DNA of 63,995 nt, the filler included, from Basidiobolus ranarum (lineage: Eukaryota): the NCBI GenBank assembly GCA_040143965.1. It is 3 parts of 3 records of this genome, joined end to end, with 100 filler letters (N's around TTAATTAATTAA, not from the genome) between each part and the next. Parts side by side here need not be neighbours in the genome. Positions count along the whole stretch, not along the records: positions 1 to 22,446 come from JASJQH010000186.1; 2 more parts are not named here. The stretch is one strand, 5' to 3'. Of this stretch, positions 1-13,600 are shown piece by piece; the stretch's first letter is position 1, and every line of letters begins with the position of its first letter. The position numbers were made by a program, and so were the translations under genes. The notes below the pieces were generated by a model, which did no database searches, had not been told where the DNA came from, and worked only from the letters and a program-made list of their open reading frames with translations.

Positions 1-1
1 C

Positions 2-115
2 ATCGCAAATGGAGATGGATCAAGAATGCCCTCAGCCAAGGAACTTGAAGTAGCAACTCACCAGGGTGAATACTTCACCAACATCGTTGCACAGTTTGTT
101 CGTGGCAGACAGTAG
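2..115 (+). CDS. 3' end of flavodoxin-like NAD(P)H:quinone oxidoreductase (WrbA/Pst2/Ycp4 family), partial
   Basis: Frame from 2 reads IANGDGSRMPSAKELEVATHQGEYFTNIVAQFVRGRQ*, matching the WrbA-family C-terminal motif xxDGSRxPSxxELxxAxxQG. Confidence 0.8.
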   Translation: MANGDGSRMPSAKELEVATHQGEYFTNIVAQFVRGRQ

Positions 116-1087
116 ACATTGATCACTAGAATTCTTAGATTTGTGTTTAATTAGCTTTGTACCATGTTAAAAACGACTTAAATTAGTGAACAATAAATAG
201 CGACAACAAGAAGATCATTGACGATCAAATGACTCAACTATTCTTCCCATACTACAAAAAAGAACGCAGGCATCATTTGGTGACACGAATATTTTTCTAG
301 GTCCCTTCACGATTTTCATGATCCCAATTATACTCACGCATAATAATCCTCGTGGTATCACTAGATTTCACACAATACACGTGGAAACACATTGAATGTG
401 CTAAAGTTTGGGTCGTAAACCTGTTACGCGTGTACGATGAACATATTATCTATGAAAAAACTACTGATATAGTCTAAGCTCAATGCGGAGTGCGGTGCAA
501 GATACATAAATGGATTCGTTTATACAAGAGCTTCAAGCACAACTAGTGCAGCGTTTTTAAGATGAATATAGAATAAATTGAGTATCAGAAGAATCCTGGC
601 GCACATAAGACAAAGACCAATGAGTACTTCTACAGTTCGAGATGGGTCGGCCGAGATTCTTTCTACACTTATATAGGCATTGTTGAAGCTTGTAAAAGAT
701 GGCCAAGAGGGTCAATAATTCACCGAACTGTGACGCGGATGATCACTTAATATTGCAAAGATTGCCTGTTAAGACTCTAGCCTAACGTCCAAAAGATTAT
801 TTATTACACTACTAGTTGAATACCAGCTCAAACGCATGGTTATTTTAGGCAATGTTCGAATACCAGATCACCATGGATCGAATGCATGTTATTCAATACG
901 TCCACTTTTAGTAATTCTACTTGGAATGTAACCAAACCCGTTTCGTAATGCATGTAGAAAGATGGATTTAAATAGGACTGTATCTCCACTCCCTTGGATA
1001 ACAATTTTTTCATTCTTGAGGTTCTTTCTCTCAACTAGTATTTTTCTTATTTGTAAATATAGACGCTCTGTTGAACTCGAAATAAGG

Positions 1088-1528
1088 ATGTCAGAGTGTC
1101 CCAGTGTTAGCTGTGAATTAGACTCAATAGAGCCAGCTGAGGGAACGGTCCTGGCAATATTAGGAGTGGAGAAGGTTGGGAAGATAGTGAAGCAATTCTA
1201 TCATTACAATACAACTGTTGAGGCCACTCGAGTATTCTTCAACGGAATCAATATCGAACGTTTGGAGCGCATACAAACTGTATTTCTAGTACATCTTCTG
1301 GGTGGTCAACAGATGAACACTCGTAGGATGCGTGCGGTTCACAAACGCTTGCTAGATCTAACTGATGCCAACTTCGATGCGGTTTTGATTAACCTACACC
1401 GTGCTTGTGTGGACCTGGAGGTTAGTGAGGAGCTGTTGGAAAGAATCATGGCCGCTGCTGAGACAACTAGAGACGATGTGCTTGGACGCAGTCACTTTCG
1501 CTCATTGAAAAGTCGATCTTGTGTCTAG
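1088..1528 (+). CDS. Group I (trHbN-like) truncated 2/2 haemoglobin, intronless
   Basis: B9-B10 FY, CD1 Phe (RVFF), E-helix RLERIQTVFLVHLLGG, proximal His in MRAVH, G-helix LTDANFDAV, H-helix end RDDVL; start set at ATG 1088. Confidence 0.85.
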   Translation: MSECPSVSCELDSIEPAEGTVLAILGVEKVGKIVKQFYHYNTTVEATRVFFNGINIERLERIQTVFLVHLLGGQQMNTRRMRAVHKRLLDLTDANFDAVLINLHRACVDLEVSEELLERIMAAAETTRDDVLGRSHFRSLKSRSCV

Positions 1529-1922
1529 AAAGGTGGGCGAAACGCACATCTTCAGTAGGCTCGGATAAGACTGACGATAGATTGGATTCACTGTATTTGA
1601 CAGATTATTTATGCGCAGATGTCGTAATTTAAAGACATTTTTATTATAGCGAGGGGCTAGGGAGTACAGGATATGGTTAGGGATAGGGATAGGGTTAGAT
1701 GACACACACAATAATATAAAAACCATCCCAAATCCCAAGCCTAATGAAACGTTCCAGTCTATTTTTGAACCCCGCAGTGTCAATCTCTAGTAATCATAAA
1801 AATAAACATGAAGCGATTCGACGCTGAATACATAACAATCAAAATACATGGGAGGCCATCGTCTAATACCAGAAAAGAGGATTTTTAAATACAAATGTTG
1901 ATGCTAGAAGTAATATGAATGA

Positions 1923-3718
1923 TCAAGCCACTGTGTTTCGCGAATTGGAGAATCCCTGTGTTGGATGCAACGATGAACTTGTTAGTGATTCCTGCACCAT
2001 CGGCCAATGTAGATGGTGAAACTTACCGAATAGTCAAACATTTTTTTGATCGAGTCTAGTCGCTCCGGAGCTACAGGCTTCTGTGGGGTTTCTAAAGAAT
2101 CTTCGTGAGTACTAATCAGGTGGCATATAGATCATACATTTACCAACCTTTCTTGGCCTGCTTTCCTGGGGTTTCAAACATAGACAATGATAACACCAGA
2201 GATTTGGATTTCACGGATCTTGAGAACACCGATTTGGCTGGGCTACTAATCATGCTTACACGTTTAGTGGTTGGTTGAGTAGGTGTGGTTGATCTGGATT
2301 TGAGTGAGCGTATAGAAGTTGGAGTTGCCAATGAGGAGTGGACTGAGCTTTCCGACTCGGCCGATGCAGGCCTTGATAGGTATTCACCATCCAGTTTTAC
2401 CCCAAAGCGACGAATGTACATTTGAAAAGCGTGACTCAAATCTCTCAATCGACTTTCTACTGCTTCTTCGGCCTGAGGATGTTGTTGACGGAACTCTCTA
2501 AGTTCTTGTACTCCCTGTAGATCAATTTAAGAACATGAGTTGATGATTTGTATGGAAGTGCGGTAAACTTACATACCTCATACATGGTGGAACCACGTCT
2601 AATTCTCTTGAAGATTCTGTCTAATTGATCGTCAATATTTTCGATTGGACTTGTCGAGCAGCTACGCAGAGAGAGAGACTTGACAGAACTTTTAGGAGAC
2701 AGAGTAAGGTTTTCATAAGAAGTGTTGAATTTGTCTTCCAGCAGACGACGATCTGGATATGTGAGCGATGGTTGAGTAAATGGCAACCGAAATAGCGCAT
2801 GTAAGGTGACTTACCAACAGTAGAAGAGCTCTGCAATGAATGAAGGATTTTGACATAAATAGGGCTTTGAGCAGAGTTTGGGATAAGTGAAAGTCGAGTA
2901 AAGATTTTCTCTTTGTATATGTGTATTAGTAAACTTAGTATGGATTTCACAGTTTGCCATGGATTGTTCGTAAACTTGAATCGTTGAGTTACTGAACACC
3001 ACTCTTGAGAATTAAAATCCTCCAGAAAGATGTTTATATCCGCCAGCAGCCTATCTACATTGACTTTCTTAAGCTTAATCTGCTCACGTAAGCCTTTGGC
3101 AACACGCCATATCAGCTTCTGAACAATATCATAACACTGGTAGTGCTCCTCCAAATTCTCCTCGTTTTTTATGAGGCCGTTGATGTGTAGAATAAATGTT
3201 TTGAAAAGCACTCTGTCCATATAAATCAATCAATATCATAGCGCAAGAATGATGGAAATCTAAATAAAGTGCTACCTGCAGATAGTATTGGGGTGAACGC
3301 GTTTCACAGTTTTACAAAACACCGAATTAAGTGAATCTTTGGTGGAAATCCCGTCGGTAGGTGGGATTTTACTAACAAACTCATCCAAGAGATACTTGAC
3401 GAGTCGCGTAAAAAGTTGATAGAGTGGATCGTATTTGAGGGTGGCAACTATCTCTGTGGTGGATGATAGCTTAGTTAGCGCTGATAATAGGTTTTTGGTT
3501 TGTTGGACCCACACCTTGCCAACTTGGCCGTATTCAAACAAAAGAGATAGCTTTAAGGTGAGGGCAATGAACAAATCGTTTGAGTGTGGAATAAGAGAGT
3601 TTGGATCTTTAGAGGCAAGGCTCACTATCTGCTTCGCGGCCTCGATCGTTTGACCAGTATCACCCCGTACGACAGTTCCGGCTAATAATTCACGTCGGAT
3701 TAAACTAGCTTGGCTCAT
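1923..3718 (-). CDS. XMAP215/ch-TOG (Stu2/Alp14/CKAP5)-like C-terminal-region protein lacking TOG1-5; multi-exon
   Basis: Spliced product has IVQKLIWRVAK..VNVDRLLADINIFL..PWQTVKSILSLL, then DQLDRIFKRI..EGVQELREFRQQHP..AFQMYIRR and terminal ERLDSIKK, paralleling the ch-TOG C-terminus; GT-AG introns join the listed ORFs; 5' start uncertain. Confidence 0.7.
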
Positions 3719-4486
3719 AATGCACAAAAGCTTACTGGGACTGAACAGAGGAAAAGGAATTGATTGACACGAGCACAAGTACAGGCCGAGATATATTTAA
3801 GAGAAAAACTGTAACTAATAGGAGTAGTAAATTTGAAGATCAATTGATCCAAGAATTCAGATAGTGAGATAATTGAGCTATTTAAGGAGCACCATTGTTG
3901 ATATAGATCACTTGTTCTGTCACTCATTCGATCTCCCATTCACCAATTCCAGCTTCAGTAAATAAAACACTCTCATTCGACAACTCTTCAGTTGAAGCCA
4001 TTTAAATCCTAGTGTTACTACTATTTCTATTTCCACCCGACATCCATCCGCAAACCAGTCATATCACCAGCCAACCATCACTTTGCAATTGTTTACTCAT
4101 AACAATCACTCACTAGATTTGATTGGATTGTTGGACAATACGCGCTAACCGCTACTGTTGGTCAGAGAAATTGTGTCACTTCTTACATTTGGAATTCCAT
4201 CGGTCGCCTCGGTCGCATCGTCGCGAATAAAATGAAAATACTTTCATTATGGTTTGCTACATCTTGTTGCGAAGGGGATCCACTAGGCCAATCAAAACCT
4301 GAGGTTCTGTTTCTCTTGGTCAGACTTCATAATTTTTACATGTAATCAAAAAGTTGTTTAAAATGGGCAATTTAATCGCGCGGATTTATATCCATTTGGA
4401 CACCATGAATTTTTTTCAGAGTTAGTAAATTGGAATGAAGTTAGAGATAAGGATCATACGGTAACCTAAAAATCCCTCCTCTTGCA

Positions 4487-7400
4487 ATGACCTCAGTGAG
4501 CAAATACCAGGCTTTCCCGCCTTCTTCGAACTGGTATGCATCACAGGTATCTAGTTACTCTTCAACCACTGGTCTATTTTTATATGGGGCCAGAGGTTCC
4601 ATTGTACTTTTGAATGCCAGAACTTTAGAATTTCAAGGTCTGTTGATCGCACATAATATACGAGTTAATGCTATAGTAGCCTCAAAATTAGATAAATTTT
4701 GTCTTACTGCTGGTGGAGATAAGAAAGTGAAATGTTGGGATTTAGTTGAACGAACAACAATTAGTACTCACGAATTACACAAGGTTCGTTTATTAGCTAA
4801 ACAAGAAAGAGAAATATTCCACATCAGAGTAATAAACATCACCTACATTTATGTTAATCTACCAATCTTTTTTTGGTTATAGAATGAAGTTCAATCGTTG
4901 GCGTGGTCTACCAATGAGGAGTTTTATGTATCAGGTAGGTAACAGTCCAAGGACTATTTTCTTTCGAGTATTGCTTGGGTTGCGGTTGATTCAAAAATCA
5001 TTCTCAGGGGATAAGTCCGGCTATATTGTAGCTTGGAATCCAACTACCGAGAAGGTTCAGAAAGCGAATCTTCAAAATTCTGGAATATTTTGTATAGAAC
5101 CGTCACCCACACACAATAATGTTTTCGCGGTTGGGTAAGGATATGTCTAGCATTATATGAAGTCTTTTCATTCTAATTCTTACATACAATTATATACTTA
5201 TTGATTAGCTATCAGAATGGTACGATGATGATTCTAAAGATAACACCAGAGGAAGAGATGAGTGTACTGTTTAGATTGAAGGGACATGATGATGAGATAC
5301 ACTCCTTATCGTGGCAGGAGGCAGGGTGGGATACTTCTGAAGCTGGTAAAGATCAATTAGAAATAAGGACTGCAATATACATAGGTACTGGGGCTAATTA
5401 GTAACGTATATCTAGAGTATAGACGTTTGGCATCGGGATCTCGTGATAAAAGTGTCAAGGTGTGGGATGTACCAAATGAACGACAAATGCTGAGTCTCAA
5501 GCTTCCAAAGGCAAAGGGACATTTGACAGAACAACAGAAATCACGTATTTGGACATCTGTGATGTGGGATCCTAGTTCCGCTCACAAATTGATCTGCAGC
5601 TCTTATATGTTGGTTAAACTGTTGCTCTTGAACGTAGATTGCTGTTCTAATTACCAACTTCGATTTTAGGGGTGAGATTATTATATGTGATACAAAGGAC
5701 GAGAGATGGATTAAAGAGAGATTCAAGGAAGGCCATTCTAGATGCGTGTTTAGTATGGTTCCTGTAAAAGATAGTCAGAGCATGATTACAACGTCTATGG
5801 ATCGACAGGTATGCGTGAGCAACATCGAATAGCGAAAGGTGAGTTAGGCGATATTAACTGGCCAATATTTAGATCATACTTTGGAATACAGGCAATAGGA
5901 AACCAAGGTCGTCGATTCAAGGCTTAGGTGGCTTTGTTTACTCTCTTGATATGTCCGAGCAAGATCCGACTAAAGTAGCTATGGGCTTGGGAGACAATAC
6001 CATCAGAATTTGGAATTACACGGACAAAGAAAAGCCTTATGATTCCAAGCTAATCTGGAAAGGGTTGAAAGGAAAAATAACTCGGGTAATGCTACAGATT
6101 GCCATAATTCACTTCATTTGCACTTACTAAAGCCTAGTTACCAGATCAAATGGCACCCTTTAGAGGAGGGCATCTTAGCATATGGCACAGATGCCGGTAA
6201 TTTTGGGATCATAGATGTATATACTGAAACCATCAAATCCTTCAAATCCTACCATAAATCCACTGTATACTCCATGGATTGGTGTAAAAGATCCAACTTC
6301 GATCCAACCGACGAGTCGAATGAATGGGCAATCTTGACTTGCGGTGGGGATGGGAAAGTCTTAATCAGTGAGGCCAAACGACCTGATAAGGCTTCAAAGA
6401 ATGTGAATGACTTTGTTGAGGAGAAGAATCCAGAGTGGATTCAGTCTATTAAAGTATGAACGCCTGATACAAGTGTTATTTTACAAACTTATTTTCTAAA
6501 ACTGGTGGTTTTTGACTAGGAGAAAAAGCAGAATCTAGCGAAGCGTTCTGAAGTGGCTATAGATCCTACGGGCGAGTTTTTGGCCTTAGGGAATACCGAT
6601 GGTTCGGTCGAAGTGTACCGATTGCCTTCCTTCAAATTGGTATATAGATTCATTGGTCAGCGTCAGACAATCAACAGAATGAAGTGGAAAGTTCACAATG
6701 TCCCTTCTGAAAATCCTGACTCGCCAGGTATGTCTATTACATGGACATTTCTGCTTCTTAAAATTTGACCTTCTACATCAATCACTAGAGCTTACAAAGT
6801 ATTGGCTTGCTTCGGGCTCCGACGATAATTCAATTTGTATTCATGATATCGTTACTACTGAAACTATTGAGGGTTTGATTATTTTGCAATATATCTGTGC
6901 TTTCGTGTACTAAATTAGCGCTATTTATATATAGAGATACCTATTCCTCAAACCTCTGCATTTCAATTACTCCGCGGCCATCGTAAGGGAATAACAGACT
7001 TGAGTTGGTCATGGTCAGAGCCTTATAAGCTAGCCTCTACCTCCTTTGATGGATCGTGTTTGGTACTCTTGACTGAGGATATATTCATGTTCCCTTGAAT
7101 GTATGTTAATTATTTCGATATCTAGGTTTGGAATGTGATGACTGGTGAAAAGTTGGGGCAATTTCAAGCAGAGTGCGGAAGAGCTATGTGTACGATATGG
7201 TCTATCCTTGACCCAAGTCAGATTTTTGTAGGACTGGATGAGCAAATGGTATGTCTCTGGAGAGTTTCAGAACACCCCTATGTTAAAAGTAAGACTTTCT
7301 ACTATGATTTTGTATACTTTCCCACATTGATAAAATCCAAAGAAAAACCAGATTCCACCGTAAAAAATAAGCCCAAAGTAGAGGTATCAGAGGTGGAGCA

Positions 7401-9241
7401 ATCAAACGTTGTGAGCTCCGTAGATTTACTTTCCCCGTCAGATAATTTGGATGAGCCTAGTAACAAACAACCCTCGATAGCAACAACTGTGACCGCTTCA
7501 TCCACTTCCACCCGAAAGAAGCGTAGTAACGAGAAAAAAGCGAAGACAAATTTGTTCCCTCGTAGCAGTAGCGCGTTCATGTCAGAGACGCGAAAAAATA
7601 TGCAACAAAATTGCTTGGACTTGGCCAAAAAATGGGCAGAGCTAAAGGGAGAAAAAGCAGGACCCGTTTCCAGCGAATCCAAAGGCATTGAGAAAAAAGA
7701 CGATACAAATGTGGTGGAACTGTTGTTTGGTGAAAGAAGAGAATTACTTGATCTTCTAGATATGGAAGGTATTCACCAATCATGTACAAATTTTGAAGGT
7801 ATAGCACTAATCAGCCAAATTGGCATTTTGTATCATTAGCCCAAGCATTGCGAGCGAATCCAAACACATCAGACCTTCAATTGCCTTTGCTAGTATGGCA
7901 AGGTAACCTTGAAGGGGCTTTAACCGAAGTGCTAAACTCCGATCCTCCTTCTATGAATCACATGCCGTTGGTGGCACTTAGTCCGATGGGTAAGATTGAA
8001 GTTGCTACAATTTTCTAGACATGATGCTTACTTGTGTGTATTAGCTGGCCAAGATATGTGGAGATCTTTTCTTAAAGCCTACGCCTCCAAGCTTGCAAAA
8101 TCTGGTGACTATCATACTGCTGTATTGTTCTATGTTGGTTGCTCGTGTATTTATGAGGCTATTGAGGTATATTGTGAAGCTGAATTATTCAGGTAAACAA
8201 CCTACTGCAAAAGGAAGATCATCTTGCCAATATTTACGTAGCTTTAAATTAGAGAAGCGTACATACTTGCGAAGTTACGACTATCGAGTGAAAACCCTGT
8301 CATTACAGAGGTTCTATGCAAATGGGCCACACAACTCGAGCAAAAGGGGTTGTATGAACAAGCATGCCAATGGTAGATACATTCTCTCTGCATACATATA
8401 TATGATATAAAATTGATCCCACGTTTGTTTCAAGCTATCTCACTGCCAACCTGAATGACGACGCCATCAATGCTTTAGCTCGACGAAACGATCTATCTGC
8501 TCTTCGATCAGCTGCAGGTTTGGCAGAGATATTAGGAGACTCTTCAACACCCGAGCGCTTCTTTAGATATGCTTTAGAATCTCATCGCAGGGGAGAATTC
8601 GCTGAAGCCGTTGAAATTTATCAAAAGTGCTCATTTGAGAAAAGCTCGGTATATTTGATGATTTTAGGTGTAGAGAAATGGATGTTAGAAAACAATCCTC
8701 AAACTAATGAGGCAATGAATCGCGAAGACACTGCCTCATTGGTGACCAATTGTAGTGAACCGAATAACTCGAAGCAAAAATTACAATTTGTAGAAACCAT
8801 CCTACAGCTTTGGAGAGGCTATGGTGTCCATATGGAGGAGTTAAATGGATTAATTGAATTACTTCAACGAGAAAAAGAAAATTTTGATATGCTAAGGCAT
8901 GACCACTTGGTAAATCCTCGTCGCTGTTTATTACAAAGTGAACGTTTTCATATCTAACCTTTGCTTACTTGGGATCTATTTAACAGGGACAAACGGCTTA
9001 CCACCTGACTCTGCACACTCTAAGCTTGGTTAGCTCAAACATCACAGAAGCATTAAATCGATTGACTATTCTAGAGGAGAATCTACGTTTGAAAGCAGAT
9101 CAAGCACAAATTGAATGGGTCAACCAGATTGTATTTGATAGAGATATGGTTGGCATTGAGAACCTAAGAAAATATCTAGAAGAGCAAGTAGTAAATCCCC
9201 TGCCCCTACTTAATCCAAGTGATGACTCTGTATCTACATAG
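4487..9241 (+). CDS. GEMIN5: Gemin5-like protein (tandem WD40 propellers plus TPR-like dimerisation region), about 17 introns
   Basis: N-terminal FPPSSNWY (Gemin5 PPSPNWY); WHPLEEGILAYGTDAG..YHKSTVYSMDW; VALSPMAG..W..AY..L..A..Y..EAIEVY..LFREAYILAKLRL; exons joined by GT-AG introns. Confidence 0.85.
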
Positions 9242-10601
9242 CTGCAGGGATACTCCGCGCATAAGTACTATTCTGATTCTAGCACAACCTTTACTGTAAC
9301 TGTCAAATAGCATTCGTCAAGTAAAGATATCCATCATGTTGGTTAGTAATAACCCATGAGTTGAAACCAATTTTACGTATTTGTCAGCCAAATTCTGTTG
9401 ACCAAATTCACGGCAAGTATTAGGGCAAGTATTAGGGTTAGATATCTGGCTATGAAAGGCTTATCCGAAACCGACGATGAAATAGTCTTTATGGTTTTGT
9501 TGTTGGGTTGGCTACTGAGTCATCTGTTGATCTTTAGTCTATATTTGGGCATAAAACAATCAAGTCACTATTCTAGAAATAATAACAATCAATATATATA
9601 TGTTTACGGTAACTATGTTCAATCGGAACCTCATGAAACATTCGCACGCAGAAACCAATTATCATGCTGAAGATCCACGACTCTGAACCACGTTTTCAAT
9701 AAGAGAGTTCGTTGGTAAAGAAGTCCCCTAGTCAGTTTCGTGCGGTACATATACGGTACATATATATCGTCCTCCAGCTCCCTACACGACTGTAACAAAC
9801 TCTCCACATGGAGAATATTCATTGTTTCGCTGCCATATGTTCAGGATTAGTCAGTTCAATCTCCTTGTTCTTCTTTACAAGGGATGACGGCAACTTGATG
9901 TTCTAGAATCACTGTCGATTATTTATAAACAAAATATATACAACTGCTTATCTATTTGCCTAATATAGACGATAATAAATGAAATACAAATACCTAAAAT
10001 TTGTGCTTCTCTTTGTTACTTTATATAATTTAAACCTGCTTTGTTTACTCTTTTTATGTCCTTTTTTGTCCGTATTCCGTATTCTGTATTTATATTGTAT
10101 AGAATAGCCTTCGAAACCAGTAGGAAATTAAGAGTTCTTGCCGAAAACTGCAGATTAACTGAATACAACCAGACTATATCCCGCATATGATATGCACTCG
10201 GAAAACTCTTAATGACTGATCATTTGATTGTAGCTTTGTGAGCTTGAGTTAGCGCTGTTTGCTTGCAGATTTTGTCAGCAATCAATTGTTCTGTCTTCAA
10301 CCACTCTTCTTCCTCAGACTAGTTCACTTTCCCTCCCTTTCCTTATATTACTTCAGTCTAAGCACTACCTAACTTTTGTTTTTGCCTATTTTTGTTGCTT
10401 CCATAGGCAGATGAGAGGTCATAGAAAATCTTTTCCCCAATCTCACACTCGCAAATAATTCATACGACGATCAACAAAAGGGTTCTCTCACCACCAATTT
10501 ACCTTTCTGATTTACATTAAGAGTATTTTTCGTGGAATAAGACTGTAAACGCTTTGGCTTTTACAGGTCCTATCAAACTCAAAACCACTTAAATATATAG
10601 A

Positions 10602-13600
10602 ATGTCACATTCTTGGAAGAATTGTTATTTTTCCCCAAGAAGTTCTAGTTTATTAGTTATACTCGCCTTTTATACCCTTCCGAGTTTGGCACAAAGTAGT
10701 CAGACCGTACTTGACTTTTCTTCTCTCTCTCAGTTAAGCATCGCTGGCCAATTCAATGGCATCTCTACGTATTCCCCCAACAGCAATGTTTCTCGACTTA
10801 ACCCCAATGTAGATTCTCTTATCCGCAAAACCAAGAATACCCTTGAACTAGTAGGATATACCTCAGTTGGAGGGAGTATAAACGCCATGTGTAATATGCC
10901 ATCTAAGCAAGGAGGAGGCGATGTTGATTTACAAGCGCAGATTTTTGTTGCTGGAAATTTCACCCATATTGGTGGAGTAGAGGTCAACAATATCGCTTTG
11001 TATGACCCAAGCACTAGGCTCTTCTCTCCATTAGTAAAGGGTTTAGATGGCCCTATTTATGACTTATACTGCGATGCTAGTCGAAATATAGTTTATGTTG
11101 GCGGTGCCTTTACTGGCCCAGTTCCAGTCAATATTTCGGATAAGTATGGATTACTACAGACCTTTGGTGGCTCTATAGCAATGTGGTCCAATGGAAATTG
11201 GACGGGCTTTGGTTTCAAAGGATTAAATGGCCCAGTATATACCATTGGAGCATCCAACACATCCAGCAGTATATTTTTTGGAGGCAATTTTAATTCCACA
11301 GCTGATGGTGCTCAAAATATGGCGCCAAATATACAAGAAGTTAATCTTATCAATGCCACGGTTAGTAGATCAATATTAATCCTTCTATGAAGACTCCTTC
11401 TTTTCTCTTTTGTAGTATATAATGGCAACGAATTTATTGACTGAAACTCTCTATTATAGATATCTGGTGGAAATTCAGCAAGTACAACCGGGTTCTCCAA
11501 TCCAAAGAATGTCATTTGTAGCGGAGATTCGGACACTGTAAATAATATTTGGTTAATGCGTGATAACATGCCTGGATATTGGTGGGCACAGTTCTCTACC
11601 CCAATTACTCCAAGTTTACTTCGTATTAAAAATACCAACTACGAGGGAAGAGGCACAAAAACATTTCGGTAAATTCCATAAACCTAGTACATCTTGTTTC
11701 TATACCGTCAAATTCTTATTCGCTCTATTTGTCACTAGGCTGTTCAGTTTTCCTGGCAATCTTATTATCCCTCTTTCATACTATGACCCCAACACGCGAA
11801 AGACAGTTACTTGTTCTGACGAATGTCCTCTAAATCATGACCCTAGTCTGCCATTTCAAGATTTTCGCATTATTCAGGGTGACAAACCCACCACTCTTAG
11901 TGGTATTAATATCGATATTTTGAGCTGGTATGGGGCCGGAGGAGGGTTTGGGAAAATCCAATTATATCAAAGTGGTATGTACTTTGAATTCTATCTAATG
12001 GCTGCTTGCTTTTTTACTGATCGGTTTGATTTGCAGAGATTGTCGTCCATGCCATCAATGAGTATAACAATCCCGCGTGCGCTTCCAGTTCACAACCCAT
12101 CAAGTCCAGTGTTTCGCTTACTGGAAGTTGGGAGAGACAAACAGAGCCAGACTCTTCCAAATCTATCCTCTCTTATACTGTGAAAAATAGCAAGGACAAC
12201 AAGGCCTCCATAACGTATACTCCTTTCATTCCTGAGTCTGGTTATTATGAAATCTGGGCATCTATTCCAGGGTGTTATGACGATGATTGTGAGGACAGAA
12301 TATCCGTTGACTTTTCATTGACTCTAACAAAGTCAGCCAAACAATCAGTAACAAACACAATACCCCAAAACAACAACTTCGATAATGTCGTTCCGATTTA
12401 TATGGGATATGTCACAGCTTCTTCAGCCAACTTCCAACCCAAAGTAGTCGCAACAATCTCCAAGAAGAGTAAAATCAAAACTGGGAATGTATTCGTTGCC
12501 GATGCCATTCAGTTTGTGAAGCTCAACTCCCTTTATAACCTCAATGGTGTGGTAGAGTATTTTCCCGACTCTGCCTCCATTATTGAAGGAATACCCATTC
12601 GAGCATTACAAAAGCCATTACCAGTGAACTCTGTGGTCAAGTCGATTATTCCTACTAACACCTCCGTCTTCATTGGTGGTGACTTCCGAGGAGTTGACAA
12701 ACTTGAATTTGCCAATATTGTCAAGTATAATCGTAACGCTTTGGTTCCATTTACAGGCGGTTATCCTAGAGGGCCCGTCAACTCTATGACTCTGATTAAT
12801 AACGAGTTGATAATTGGTGGTGATTTTGATGGTTTAATAGGAAACTCAAAATTGCCAGCCCGCAATATAGCCAGTTATAATATCATCAACGACAAATGGT
12901 CACCAGTTGGTTATGGGGTAAATGACCAAGTTAAAAAGTTAGTTCCTGCTGGTTCGGAAGCTGTTCAAATAATTGGTGATTTTAACGTAGTGTACGGAAA
13001 CAACACCCCTTTCAACCCTGATAGATTTTCAACTGGCTTTACTTCCTGGAACTTGACATCTAAATCTTGGGCCAATCCAGTATACGTTGCAGGCCATGCT
13101 CACTCTTCCATTGTATTTACTTCGCAAAATTCCTCTGCTGAAACCTCTCGCACCAATACCTTTTATTTGGCTGGAGCATTCTCTTCCGCTGCTGCAATTC
13201 AAGCCCCTGGATTTATCACACTCGACTCCCGTGGTGATTTTGAACAGCTTGGTACTGGTCCTGAATCTGGTGCAGTGAGTACAACTGTCAATTGTGGGAC
13301 TTATTACTTGACCAATGATAAAGAAAATGGTCAAAATATGAGCTATTCAATCGTTGGTGGAAACTTTCAGTCCACAGGTATTCGGAACGTCGCCATCTTT
13401 GATCAGGGTGTATGGAAAGGTATTGGAACTGGTGTTAGCGGTGAAGTTTATAGTTTACATGTCGCCGAAAGTCAACTATTTATTGGAGGTCTGTCGAACA
13501 ACACATCAACACCACCATTCAAAGGGTTCTCCATCTGGGATTTCAAAAACAATAGTTTTACCGATGTTCCTTCACTTGGATCCTCATCATCTCGTGATGC

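Noticed and set aside
2457-2520. Apparent stop or frameshift in the XMAP215-like gene
   Set aside because: Resolved by a GT-AG intron after TMYE, giving GVQELREFRQQHP in frame
9412-9440. Short tandem duplications (GGCAAGTATTAG twice; also GATCCCTTTTGA twice near 18287)
   Set aside because: Two-copy slippage events, not CRISPR-like or functional arrays
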